Position numbers and translations under genes: made by a program
Notes under the pieces: model-generated
The model's input: the letters and a program-made list of their open reading frames with translations, nothing else
What the model was told of the DNA's origin: nothing
The model's database searches: none
Shown here: piece by piece, positions 26,969 to 35,785 of the stretch
How positions within the stretch are numbered: the stretch's first letter is position 1
Layout of the letters: each line of letters begins with the position of its first letter
Source: Candidatus Lloydbacteria bacterium RIFCSPHIGHO2_02_FULL_50_18
GTDB taxonomy: Bacteria; Patescibacteriota; Minisyncoccia; Phycocordibacterales; UBA6899
Assembly: GCA_001821395.1 (NCBI GenBank)
Contig: MHLM01000001.1
Span: forward strand, 138,840 to 202,839
Direction: 5' to 3'
DNA length: 64,000 bases

Positions 26969-28474
26969 ATGGCTGAAAAAAACACAACATCATCCGTAGA
27001 ACGCTCGCCAATCGTCGTCATTATGGGTCACGTTGACCACGGAAAATCGACGCTTTTGGACTACATCAGGAAAACGAATATCGTAGCTACTGAAGCGGGT
27101 GGTATTACCCAGCATATTTCCGCATATGAGGTAACCCACAAGGACGCAAAAGAAACGGAAAAGAGGATCACCTTCTTGGACACGCCGGGGCACGCAGCAT
27201 TCCAAAGTATGCGCTCACGCGGGGCACGCGTTGCCGACATTGCCGTACTCGTCGTATCTGCGGAAGATGGAGTAAAGACTCAAACGATAGAGGCGCACAA
27301 GGCGATCGTAGAGGCGAAGATCCCCTACATCGTAGCAATCAACAAGATTGACAAGCCAAATGCGAATATTGAGAAAACGAAACAGACACTCGCAGAAGCT
27401 GAGATATATATCGAGGGATACGGCGGCGACATTCCCTTTGTCCTGATCTCCGCAAAAACAGGGCAAGGAGTTCCGGAGCTGCTCGACATGATGCTGCTCA
27501 TCGCAGAAATGAACGAACTCACCGGTGATACAAGCATCCCCGCAAAAGGTGTGATCATTGAATCTAAGATGGATCCTAAAAAGGGTATTATTGCGACCGT
27601 CGTGATCACTGACGGCACATTAAACAAAGGGATGTTCGTCGTTGCCGAAGGGGCAATGACGCCCGTACGCGCGATCGAGAACTTCTTGGGAAAACCTCTG
27701 GAATCGGCAACATTCTCGTCCCCAATTCTCCTTTCAGGATGGACTGCCGTACCGAACGTCGGGGCAGAATTCACTGCACTGGAAAACAAAAAAGGGGCGG
27801 AGGCCTTGGTGGGACAAGCAAATCTCGTTAAAAAGATCGTTGTCAAAGACTCGTTACCGGCTGATGGAGTGCTCTTTCCCATCATCATCCGTGCCGATGT
27901 TGCTGGGTCGCTTGAAGCTATTGTTTCCGAGATAGGAAAACTGAAACATGAGCGGGTCATATTAAAGGTCATCCAAAAGGGCGTCGGGGCCGTCAATGAA
28001 AGCGACATCAAACTTGCCTTTGGAACGAACAATCCCGTCGTGATCGCTTTTCACACAAAGGCTGACACGCCTGCGATCGATCTCGCTGCACGCACCGATG
28101 TCACCATCCATCAATTTGACGTCATCTATAAGCTAACCGAATGGCTTGAGGAAGAGATCAAGCGTCGCGCGCCGCATATCGAAATGGAAGAAAGACTCGG
28201 AGAATTCCGCATCATTCGCTGTTTCAGCCAACAAAAAAATCTTCAGGTTGTCGGTGGCGCCGTTCTATCGGGAAAAATGGTCAACGGTGCGAGGGTGAAG
28301 ATCATGCGCCGCGAGGTTGAGATTGGGGAAGGAAAGGTCGTTGAACTGCAGTCACAAAAAGTGAAGGCGGCCGAAGTTCTTGAGGGCCATGAATGCGGGC
28401 TTCAGGTAGAATCCAAATTCACCCTTGCTGAACGCGATGTGCTTATCCCCTATATTATTGTCAAAAAACAATAA
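26969..28474 (+). CDS. infB: translation initiation factor IF-2 (short form: G domain plus C-terminal beta barrels)
   Basis: [22 protein letters not shown]-motifs. Followed by rbfA as in the canonical operon. Confidence 0.87.
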   Translation: MAEKNTTSSVERSPIVVIMGHVDHGKSTLLDYIRKTNIVATEAGGITQHISAYEVTHKDAKETEKRITFLDTPGHAAFQSMRSRGARVADIAVLVVSAEDGVKTQTIEAHKAIVEAKIPYIVAINKIDKPNANIEKTKQTLAEAEIYIEGYGGDIPFVLISAKTGQGVPELLDMMLLIAEMNELTGDTSIPAKGVIIESKMDPKKGIIATVVITDGTLNKGMFVVAEGAMTPVRAIENFLGKPLESATFSSPILLSGWTAVPNVGAEFTALENKKGAEALVGQANLVKKIVVKDSLPADGVLFPIIIRADVAGSLEAIVSEIGKLKHERVILKVIQKGVGAVNESDIKLAFGTNNPVVIAFHTKADTPAIDLAARTDVTIHQFDVIYKLTEWLEEEIKRRAPHIEMEERLGEFRIIRCFSQQKNLQVVGGAVLSGKMVNGARVKIMRREVEIGEGKVVELQSQKVKAAEVLEGHECGLQVESKFTLAERDVLIPYIIVKKQ

Positions 28475-28612
28475 CATGATGGAACTTTCCCAAATGGCGA
28501 ACTTCTTTGTTGCGGGTCCCCAGCGACTCGGTCAACATATCGGAATATGTCTTCCTCGTCCCCTTCCCCGCGTCGCGAATTTCATCCATTTGAGTAAGTT
28601 CCACTGCAAAAT

Positions 28613-28972
28613 ATGAGTAAGCTCAAACATCAGCGTGAGGAATTCATGCTCAAGGATCTCGCCGCGGATTTCCTTTCGCGTCAATCGAACAGAACTTCAC
28701 TTATCACCGTCACGCGCGTGATTCTTTCTGACGACCAGAAACGCGTCGACATACTGTTATCTGTTCTTCCCAAAGAAGCAGAAAAGGCGGCACTCATTTT
28801 TGCTAATCGCATGACGACAGAATTCAAAGAATACATCAAAGCACACAGCAGAATCCGCATTCTTCCGAAGATACATTTTTCACCTGATTTCGGCGAGCAA
28901 AATCGACAGCGCATCCAAGAGCTCCTCGAACTTGTTGACGGTGAGCAAGAAACTGGAACTTCGCAAAAATAA
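28613..28972 (+). CDS. rbfA: ribosome-binding factor A
   Basis: 119 aa, KH-like RbfA fold pattern (ITVTRVILSDDQKRVDI...), and position after infB. Confidence 0.75.
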   Translation: MSKLKHQREEFMLKDLAADFLSRQSNRTSLITVTRVILSDDQKRVDILLSVLPKEAEKAALIFANRMTTEFKEYIKAHSRIRILPKIHFSPDFGEQNRQRIQELLELVDGEQETGTSQK

Positions 28973-28991
28973 TTGGTATAGTTTGCGCTAT

Positions 28992-29063
28992 GGCGTAGTG
29001 GCGAAGTGGTAACGCATAGATCTGCAAAATCTACATGCACCGGTCCGATTCCGGTCTACGCCT
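28992..29063 (+). tRNA. tRNA-Cys (anticodon GCA)
   Basis: Acceptor GGCGTAG/CTACGCC, anticodon loop CTGCAAA, discriminator U. Confidence 0.78.
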
Positions 29064-29064
29064 C

Positions 29065-29130
29065 CCTAAAACATTTTGTTGCAAAATGTTCGGGCGATCA
29101 TTTTGCAACAAAATGATTTAGCCATGAACA
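29065..29130. repeat. pair of mutually complementary palindromes between tRNA-Cys and tRNA-Leu
   Basis: AACATTTTGTTGCAAAATGTT and ATCATTTTGCAACAAAATGAT. Confidence 0.5.
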
Positions 29131-29136
29131 AATGCT

Positions 29137-29217
29137 GCCCGGGTGGTGAAATGGTATACACAGGAGACTTAAAATCTCCCGTCGCAAGGCATGTGGGTTC
29201 GACTCCCACCCCGGGCA
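29137..29217 (+). tRNA. tRNA-Leu (anticodon TAA)
   Basis: Acceptor GCCCGGG/CCCGGGC, anticodon loop CTTAAAA, long variable arm, T arm TGGGTTCGACTCCCA. Confidence 0.85.
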
Positions 29218-29218
29218 C

Positions 29219-29254
29219 AAAGTAAATAAATCCCTGATGGGATTTATTTACTTT
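29219..29254 (+). terminator. intrinsic terminator after tRNA-Leu(TAA)
   Basis: AAAGTAAATAAATCCCTGATGGGATTTATTTACTTT. Confidence 0.65.
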
Positions 29255-29400
29255 GTGCCCGGGAGAAAGCAAGCTGCCTTGCTTTCGCGTGGGAGTCGAA
29301 GCCCGTTTCGTTATTTGCGAAGAATTCCTATTCTGAGAAAATCGAAATGGGGTGCTGACCCAGCAAAGATCGAACCTCCCACGTTAATAGTGTAAAATGA
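29255..29400. repeat. tRNA-Leu(TAA)-flanking miniature element
   Basis: GTGCCCGGG (antisense acceptor), CTGC-loop hairpin 29264..29285, TGGGAGTCGAA (antisense T arm), conserved GAATTCCTATTCTGA...GGGGTGCTGAC module, terminal sense T-arm-like TCGAACCTCCCAC. Confidence 0.6.
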
Positions 29401-29405
29401 GTCAA

Positions 29406-29567
29406 TGAATAAAAAGATCGTCGCATCACTGACTCTCTCAATCGTTGTTTCATTTCTGATAATAGTTACTGTTTCGAATTATTTTGCTGAGAAAGAAATA
29501 GCGAACCAGCGCTCTGAATACACAACTCGAGGAATAGCCTTTGGCGAAACTCTTGCCCCGTAGGCAT
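29406..29567 (+). CDS. possible 53-aa membrane peptide
   Basis: MNKKIVASLTLSIVVSFLIIVTVSNYF... Short ORF below tracker threshold with no other support. Confidence 0.2.
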
Positions 29568-29804
29568 ACCTTTTCCATATGCATGCATGGGGCTTTGTGT
29601 TCGTGAAACCAATATAAAAAATTTGCTTGTAGATGTGGTGATCTTTTGCATTCCCACATACATTCTTGTCTATGCTTTACTTGTTTTGATAGCCAAAAGA
29701 AGATCTCGAATAGGTGACGTTTCATCAAACGTAAATTAGCCCCAGTGTTCGAATCTATTGCGAATCTTCCTTGATTTGCTATGATAGCGAAGTTAGGGAA
29801 AATT

Positions 29805-29880
29805 GCCTTCGTAGCTCAGTTGGTAGAGCAGCTCGCTCTTAACGAGACGGTCGCAGGTTCGAATCCTGCCGGGGGCACCA
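29805..29880 (+). tRNA. tRNA-Lys (anticodon CTT), CCA encoded
   Basis: Acceptor GCCTTCG/CGGGGGC, anticodon loop CTCTTAA, T arm GCAGGTTCGAATCCTGC. Confidence 0.85.
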
Positions 29881-29912
29881 TAAAAAAATCCGCGACAAGC
29901 GGATTTTTTTAT
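29881..29912 (+). terminator. intrinsic terminator after tRNA-Lys
   Basis: AAAAAAATCCGCGACAAGCGGATTTTTTT. Confidence 0.7.
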
Positions 29913-30050
29913 GGTGCCCCCGAAGAAGTGCCCTGCGGCACTTCTGGCAGGATTCGAAGCCGTTCTCCCATATTTCTGAATGATTCATATCATGAGGAAA
30001 TGGGAAACGGGTACTGACGCAGTAGGCGTCGAAACTCCTGCCGTGAGATT
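29913..30050. repeat. tRNA-Lys-flanking miniature element
   Basis: TGGTGCCCCCG (antisense 3' end including CCA), CTGC hairpin (GAAGTGCCCTGCGGCACTTC), GGCAGGATTCGAA (antisense T arm), GCCGTTCTCCCATATTTCTGA...GGTACTGACGCAGTAGGCGTCGAAACTCCTGCC. Confidence 0.6.
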
Positions 30051-30250
30051 TCAAAAGACTGAGTATATTTCGCATGCCTGCGCATGCAGGTCTTCAAAAT
30101 ACGAAACCCAACATGCAGAGCTTGTCTTCGTGTCCCCAATGGCATCGGTGTGATTTCGCACTTGCGAACAAGTCTATGAGAACCCAACTGATGTCGGTTT
30201 ATTCTTCCACTTCCCTTTTATCCAAATTCCAGTACTATAGCCCTACACCC

Positions 30251-30332
30251 TGCCCAGGTGGCGTAATTGGTAGCCGCGCCAGTCTTAGGAACTGGTCTCG
30301 CAAGAGGTGGAGGTTCAAGTCCTCTCCTGGGC
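30251..30332 (+). tRNA. tRNA-Leu (anticodon TAG)
   Basis: Acceptor GCCCAGG/CCTGGGC, anticodon loop CTTAGGA, long variable arm, T arm GAGGTTCAAGTCCTC. Confidence 0.85.
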
Positions 30333-30334
30333 AC

Positions 30335-30362
30335 AAAGAAAACCGCGTAAGCGGTTTTTGTG
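30335..30362 (+). terminator. intrinsic terminator after tRNA-Leu(TAG)
   Basis: AAAGAAAACCGCGTAAGCGGTTTTTGT. Confidence 0.65.
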
Positions 30363-30560
30363 TGCCCAGAGCGACTGAATACTACAAAGAGTACTTCATT
30401 TTTCTAAAGCAGAATACTGCTAAGAAAAATTGGTCGCACCACAGAGAGTACTTCATTTTTCTAGAGCAGAATACTGCTAAGAAAAATTGGTCGCTGCTTC
30501 AGTCGCGCGAGAGGACTTGAAGCCGTTCTCCTGTATTTTTGAAGATTTCTTAATCTGACA
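30363..30560. repeat. tRNA-Leu(TAG)-flanking element whose internal hairpin is expanded by a 50-bp unit present twice in tandem
   Basis: TGTGCCCAGAG (antisense acceptor). Inverted repeat GCGACTGAA/TTCAGTCGC flanks two copies of AGAGTACTTCATTTTTCTA(A/G)AGCAGAATACTGCTAAGAAAAATTGGTCGC. Then GAGAGGACTTGAA (antisense T arm) and GCCGTTCTCCTGTATTTTTGA. Confidence 0.6.
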
Positions 30561-30619
30561 GGTAGCCCAAATCTTGCACGCCAGTCTCTACGTAATCATC
30601 ATGGATAGATTCATGATGA

Positions 30620-32347
30620 TCATTCATTTCCCATCAATTCGTTTATTTTAGCCGAAGTGGTTTTACCAACATATCCGGTCCCCCTAACAAGACCCCAGGG
30701 CGCTAAAACATCTTCGGTATATTTTTCTTGGAATTTTATAACTGCTTTATAAGTCAAGAGGCCGAAATAATCAGTTTCCTTACCCGGAGAGCCAACACCC
30801 GAATCAGCCAATCGAGTATCGGGGTCGGAATTGAGGAAAATTTGCAAGCGTTTTATGTCTGCATTTGTTTGTCGGTATTGTCGGTATTGAGTAAATGGGT
30901 TAGTAAATGGCAAAATATTTATTCGCAAATTTTCCGTTACAGTAGTACCCGATCTTAGAACGATTATGCTTGAAGCAGTATCTGATGATCTGCCGTAGGC
31001 AGTGTAAAATTTAACATAAACGGTATATTGTCCATCCGGACAGATTAGATTTTTAAGTGTACCGCCAAATTTTGAGCATAAGTCCCATAGCTTGAAGGCG
31101 ACATAATCTTCTCGGCTGGCATCAGTGAAATCTCCAGTCATTGAAATCGCCAATTGCTTGATGTCCATTCCCGCATTAAAACCAAGTATGACATTTCTAT
31201 TTGACGTTGTGCTTGATCCGGAATTTACAAAAACCTTAAATCCACCTGTCGGCGTTATCGGCAAATTACTCCAACCTGCTGGCATACCACCTCCCCCACT
31301 TGAAGTTACAGCAGGAGTTACTAAGACGGCGTCCCAAATCAAAGTAAAATTATGAGAGTTGGAATTTCCGACGTTATCTGAGGCAGTAAAACTGATTACA
31401 TAAGTTCCGTTAGTATCGACTGAGATAGTTGTGCTCGACGCGGTACCGTCTCCAAACGTTACCGCACCAGGTCCTGAAACTTTTGCCCACTGATAAGTTG
31501 AAGCGTTCATATCGCTCCCGGAATCTGAAGCTGCAGCGACTTGAGTAAATGTAGCTCCTTTATTTTGATCATCTCCAGCACTAATGGTGGGATTTTGTTT
31601 ATCAATTTTTATGATATTTGACGATTCTGTGTTCTCAATATTCCCTAAATTATCTACTGAGTAGTACCTTATATATTGCTGACAACTAGAACCTGAGTCA
31701 CACGACAAACTAACACTTGTTCCTTCAGTGGTTGGCACGCAGCTATTATTAGTGTCAACGCAATAATATGTATGCGCTATTCCGCTTCCGCTATTATCAG
31801 ACGGGTTCAAATTAATAGTAAGATCTGAACTATGCCAATTATCATCAGCATTATCGGTTGTAGTTGGAGACGTATTTCCCACTACAATCGATTCATTAAA
31901 TGAAACGCTCCAATCGTAAAGGGGCAGTCCGGTACTGCCTGAAGATGGCGATACGCTCGTATCTGTATCTCGAATATTACCACCTACGGCAGTAGCATCG
32001 CCGGCTTGTGCGCACCAAGATGCAACAACATAGCAACTCCAGGCGTATCTCAAATGTTGATCTGTGCCAGTCGGCGTATCACTTAGAGTAATTTTTACTT
32101 GACTGTTATTATTTATAAGTTCTACTGAATCTATTGAAACACTATTGCCACCAGCCTGTGTAAATTCAAACCCATAATCAGGACGCTCCGCAACGTTGGC
32201 AGTATCAATAGCTAATGTTCCATAAGGGATATTATAATTGGCGATTATTACGTTACTCGATCTCAAAATCGATGATGGCATGAGGGGATTCCAAGTCTGT
32301 CCCTCAAACAATACTTTATCCATAACTTTTGCAAACATCTCTCCCAT
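30620..32347 (-). CDS. C-terminal portion (575 aa) of a large surface protein: SASA/esterase-like segment, Ig-like repeats, C-terminal peptidoglycan-binding domain. Separated from its N-terminal portion by a frameshift in an A8 tract.
   Basis: PG_binding_1-like C-terminus (IKRLQIFLNSDPDTRLADSGVGSPGKETDYFGLLTYKAVIKFQEKY). ATG lies inside the homopolymer context CAAGAAAAAAAATGGGAG. Confidence 0.6.
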   Translation of the reverse strand: MGEMFAKVMDKVLFEGQTWNPLMPSSILRSSNVIIANYNIPYGTLAIDTANVAERPDYGFEFTQAGGNSVSIDSVELINNNSQVKITLSDTPTGTDQHLRYAWSCYVVASWCAQAGDATAVGGNIRDTDTSVSPSSGSTGLPLYDWSVSFNESIVVGNTSPTTTDNADDNWHSSDLTINLNPSDNSGSGIAHTYYCVDTNNSCVPTTEGTSVSLSCDSGSSCQQYIRYYSVDNLGNIENTESSNIIKIDKQNPTISAGDDQNKGATFTQVAAASDSGSDMNASTYQWAKVSGPGAVTFGDGTASSTTISVDTNGTYVISFTASDNVGNSNSHNFTLIWDAVLVTPAVTSSGGGGMPAGWSNLPITPTGGFKVFVNSGSSTTSNRNVILGFNAGMDIKQLAISMTGDFTDASREDYVAFKLWDLCSKFGGTLKNLICPDGQYTVYVKFYTAYGRSSDTASSIIVLRSGTTVTENLRINILPFTNPFTQYRQYRQTNADIKRLQIFLNSDPDTRLADSGVGSPGKETDYFGLLTYKAVIKFQEKYTEDVLAPWGLVRGTGYVGKTTSAKINELMGNE

Positions 32348-34350
32348 TTTTTTTCTTGGGTATTCACGTCCATATGGAGCTTGTCCGACCGATAATGATA
32401 TTGATACTTTGGCTGGACCAAAATAATTTTTCCGGGATTATCTATATGCGCGTTTAATTGTGCTTCAGCTATTTCCCCCGTTGGCGCGGAATTCATTTGA
32501 TTTATAAATAATGGGATAGTGTCGTTACGGCTAGTCAGAGTATTAAGATCGGTTTCATAATCCAACTGCCATTCTTCAAGATAACTTTTATAATTTGCTC
32601 CGGCACCACCCACATAATCACTTTCTCCGTGAATTGAAGTAACTGCGATGGGTCGATACAGCTCGCCTAGCGTACTCTCAACGTAAGTTTTAGTTACACT
32701 TGCCTGTGTCATACCCTTGTTATACCAAGATGTCCCCTTTTTTAAACCACTGTAGTTAGTTCCACCATGTGCATGGAGGCCAACGACAATTGGACTGAGA
32801 AGATCTTCATACGCATGAAGGCTATTGGCCATTCCTGATGAGATTGTTTCCACATTACCGCCCTCTCCTTGCCCAGACTCAATTAATGGTATGAGCGGAG
32901 CAGCTGTTCCTTCAACTCCGGGGGTAAGCATAAGATTATTATAAGGCTGCGTAACGCTTATAGGCGGTGAAGCATAATAAACTACGGCCAGACTTTGCCC
33001 CGTTGACAATATCTGATAGTAGGTTGTTTGCTCATTTACCGCGAAGGAAACAGTCCCGGAATTATTTGTAAGAGCAGGAGTTGCTGACACGCTTATTATA
33101 TGAGGAGACCCACTCGTACTTGTAGGTGTATAGGTGAATGTTTTTGCATCTGACGAACCGGACCACGACAACGAAGTTGGCGCAAACGTTCCGGCACCAG
33201 TTGATGACGATGTAATCGTGCCGGTATATTCGCCATCAGGCGTCACAATAAAATTACCGGATGCTGTAGCCATCGTGCCAGACGACGGGCCGGCAAAAGT
33301 AAATGATGTAGCGGGTGGCGCAAGGGTGACGACTGAAAATTCAGAACTGTCTGCGGTTGCAGGGACGCCATCGGTAACCCTGAGCTTGTAATAATAAATC
33401 GTAGCGGGAGATAGTCCGGTATCTGATAATGTGAGCGATGTTTGTCCGCTTAAAATATTCCCAACACCCGGCGTAAAACCGCTGCTTATGCTACGGTACC
33501 ACTGATAAATATAGGGTGCTATTCCTCCTGTTGCTTCCGAAGATGAAAGATCGATACTTGAATCTGTTTTCTCCATTAAACTAATTGAGCCGGCGCTAAA
33601 AGTAGAAAACGGATATTCAAGCCCTGTGCCCGAATTGTATAAACTCGTGATCTCATCTGGAGTTAGTATTTTTTTCCAAAAACCAACAGAATCAATGCGC
33701 CCGTCCAAATACATTGTAGCACCAGAAGCCTGAAATCTCCCGATTGTAAATGCTGCGCTAGTATTTGCCGGCTCGGAACCGGCGACGCTTGTATTGGTAT
33801 ACGTATTATTAACAGTTATGGTATTAGTATGAGTGGTAGCATTGTGGCTACATGTGAGAAAATACCATTGGCCAATCTGGACTCCCCCCGTTGGAGTCAC
33901 ATATGCATCTACCGATGGAAAAGTAGAACAGCGAAACGTGTCGGAACTAACACCGTAATACAAAGCATATTCTCCGGTGCTGCCATATTTTCCAACAAAC
34001 GTCATATTTGTTGATTTGGTATCAAGATAGACCCATGCAGAAATAGTAAAATCTATACCGCCTATACTCAAACTGGGATTATCAACGATGCTTAAATATT
34101 CTGAGTTAGCCATAGTTAACTGCGCAGAATTTCCAAGTTTGCCAACTCCTTGAGTCACCGTATTGTTGTCGGTCAGATTATTTGAACTAACACTATCTGC
34201 TCGCGTACCACTTACCTCATCTAATTTCCAATAAGAAATAAGTGATGTGGATAAATCCGTTGCAAAAACATGAGAGAAAAATTGTGTGTACAACGACACC
34301 GAAATTAAAAGCAGGGCAAATATTTTAAAATTTTTTCGAAAGGTTTTCAT
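32263..34350 (-). CDS. N-terminal portion (695 aa) of the same surface protein: signal peptide, LamG/ConA-like lectin domain, Ser/Thr-rich Ig/FN3-like repeats, start of an esterase-like domain
   Basis: Signal peptide MKTFRKNFKIFALLLISVSLYTQFFSHVFA. LamG-like block (LISYWKLDEVSGTRADSVS...TISAWVYLD...MYLDGRIDSVGFW). Last about 28 codons are out-of-frame read-through after the A8 tract. Confidence 0.6.
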   Translation of the reverse strand: MKTFRKNFKIFALLLISVSLYTQFFSHVFATDLSTSLISYWKLDEVSGTRADSVSSNNLTDNNTVTQGVGKLGNSAQLTMANSEYLSIVDNPSLSIGGIDFTISAWVYLDTKSTNMTFVGKYGSTGEYALYYGVSSDTFRCSTFPSVDAYVTPTGGVQIGQWYFLTCSHNATTHTNTITVNNTYTNTSVAGSEPANTSAAFTIGRFQASGATMYLDGRIDSVGFWKKILTPDEITSLYNSGTGLEYPFSTFSAGSISLMEKTDSSIDLSSSEATGGIAPYIYQWYRSISSGFTPGVGNILSGQTSLTLSDTGLSPATIYYYKLRVTDGVPATADSSEFSVVTLAPPATSFTFAGPSSGTMATASGNFIVTPDGEYTGTITSSSTGAGTFAPTSLSWSGSSDAKTFTYTPTSTSGSPHIISVSATPALTNNSGTVSFAVNEQTTYYQILSTGQSLAVVYYASPPISVTQPYNNLMLTPGVEGTAAPLIPLIESGQGEGGNVETISSGMANSLHAYEDLLSPIVVGLHAHGGTNYSGLKKGTSWYNKGMTQASVTKTYVESTLGELYRPIAVTSIHGESDYVGGAGANYKSYLEEWQLDYETDLNTLTSRNDTIPLFINQMNSAPTGEIAEAQLNAHIDNPGKIILVQPKYQYHYRSDKLHMDVNTQEKKWERCLQKLWIKYCLRDRLGIPSCHHRF

Positions 34351-34780
34351 AATTCGTTACTCTTTCGCCATTGAAGATATATCATAAAATGATGGTTTTT
34401 AAAAAAATATTTTGTAAACACTTTCCAAAAAATCACCACCAACACAACCAACGATGAACCACCACCACCCGGCTTACGCCGCAAAGTATTGTAGGGCGAA
34501 TAAAAGCTAAGGCCGTGGTGAATTCACCAAGCCCGAAAAAAATTAACCCCTTGCTCATTTTAGCCCAAAATATTTCGTATTTTGTTTCTAATCTTGTATC
34601 TCTTGTTCGTATTGTACCATATTTTTCCAAGTCAAAGACAAAATCGCCAATATTGAATTAGCCGCTTACCTCCTCTCAAAACCCTTGACTTTTCCCCTAT
34701 TTTTGCTATAATGCTGACAGATATTTTCGTACTATCCGTAAGGGTAGATTGACACTTTCATAGTTTTTTTAGGAGCTACC

Positions 34781-35767
34781 ATGACTATTTCTGAAAGCAC
34801 CTTAGACAAGGTCGGCGCAATGGGCGCTGCATTCTCTCTCATTGACCTCATTCGCGGGTTCAGCCATGGAGGCGTTCACGTCGGCGGAGGCACGGGCGGA
34901 GTAGGTTTTCTTACTTCTCTTCTCACTGTGCTCGTCAGAGTATGGGAAGAAAAAGGCGGGAGCATGAAAGACGAAAGCGAAATGCTCGAGTCAATGTTTG
35001 CAAACCCGCAAGCAAAGAATGAAAAACTCACACCGCAGGAACGTACCAAGATCGCGGCCGTCATCAAGGCGATGACTCCGGCAGAGCAGAAAGTGTTCCG
35101 CATCGCAATTTTTGTGATGGACCCCGATGTGACGACGATCGAAGTACCGGAGAAAAAAGACAAGGACGGCAAAGTCATCGCTGTAGCCGGAAAACGAACC
35201 GAAAAAACGGGAATTGATCCTCGGGTCAATGTCCTGCACGGTATCGCCGAGCACGTCCATGACAACCTCGATAACGTCACCGAAGTGGCCGAATTACTTC
35301 GCGGTACGGGGGCGCTGGGTGGAAACAACGAGGCACTTAAGTTTCTCGTCAAGGTACAAGTAGAGCTCAAAAAGCTTCTTTGCACGTTCTTCGGGGTCGA
35401 ATCCGTCGATCTTATCACCTTCGACATGGTCAAAGAAAAGGCAACCGTGCTCATCGGAAATATCGGTGTGCCGAATGCCAATTTGCCGGGACCTCCGGTC
35501 GGTCCGCTCATGCGAGTGGGTCGCCTCATCACGCCGGGGAGTTATCGCAATGCTCCTGCATCGAAAAGCGTGAAGTCCAAGAAAGAGGTAAGGTCGACGA
35601 GCCTGCTGAAGATGTTTGCAGTGGTAGCATGTATCACCGGCATCCTCGCTTACGGCTTGTACTTCGGAGCTTCAAAGTACCGAGCGTACCAAAGAGATAC
35701 TGAGATTGACAACATCATCAACGCGTATCAACCGACCAAAACGTCGGCTGAGCAGCCGATGAAATAG
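34781..35767 (+). CDS. hypothetical protein with C-terminal membrane anchor
   Basis: 328 aa. Gly-rich N-terminus, charged central region, single C-terminal TM (LLKMFAVVACITGILAYGLYFG). Confidence 0.45.
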   Translation: MTISESTLDKVGAMGAAFSLIDLIRGFSHGGVHVGGGTGGVGFLTSLLTVLVRVWEEKGGSMKDESEMLESMFANPQAKNEKLTPQERTKIAAVIKAMTPAEQKVFRIAIFVMDPDVTTIEVPEKKDKDGKVIAVAGKRTEKTGIDPRVNVLHGIAEHVHDNLDNVTEVAELLRGTGALGGNNEALKFLVKVQVELKKLLCTFFGVESVDLITFDMVKEKATVLIGNIGVPNANLPGPPVGPLMRVGRLITPGSYRNAPASKSVKSKKEVRSTSLLKMFAVVACITGILAYGLYFGASKYRAYQRDTEIDNIINAYQPTKTSAEQPMK

Positions 35768-35785
35768 GTCTCAAGGAGAAATCTC

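Noticed and set aside
29450-29728. 92-aa minus-strand ORF in the intergenic region after the tRNA-Leu-TAA element
   Set aside because: Cys/His-rich, low-complexity and antisense to an AT-rich spacer. No support. A short plus-strand membrane peptide (29406..29567) is marginally more plausible but also weak.
30385-30484. 50-bp direct repeats considered as a possible CRISPR array
   Set aside because: Only two adjacent copies with no spacers between them, embedded in a larger inverted repeat. No cas genes in the window.
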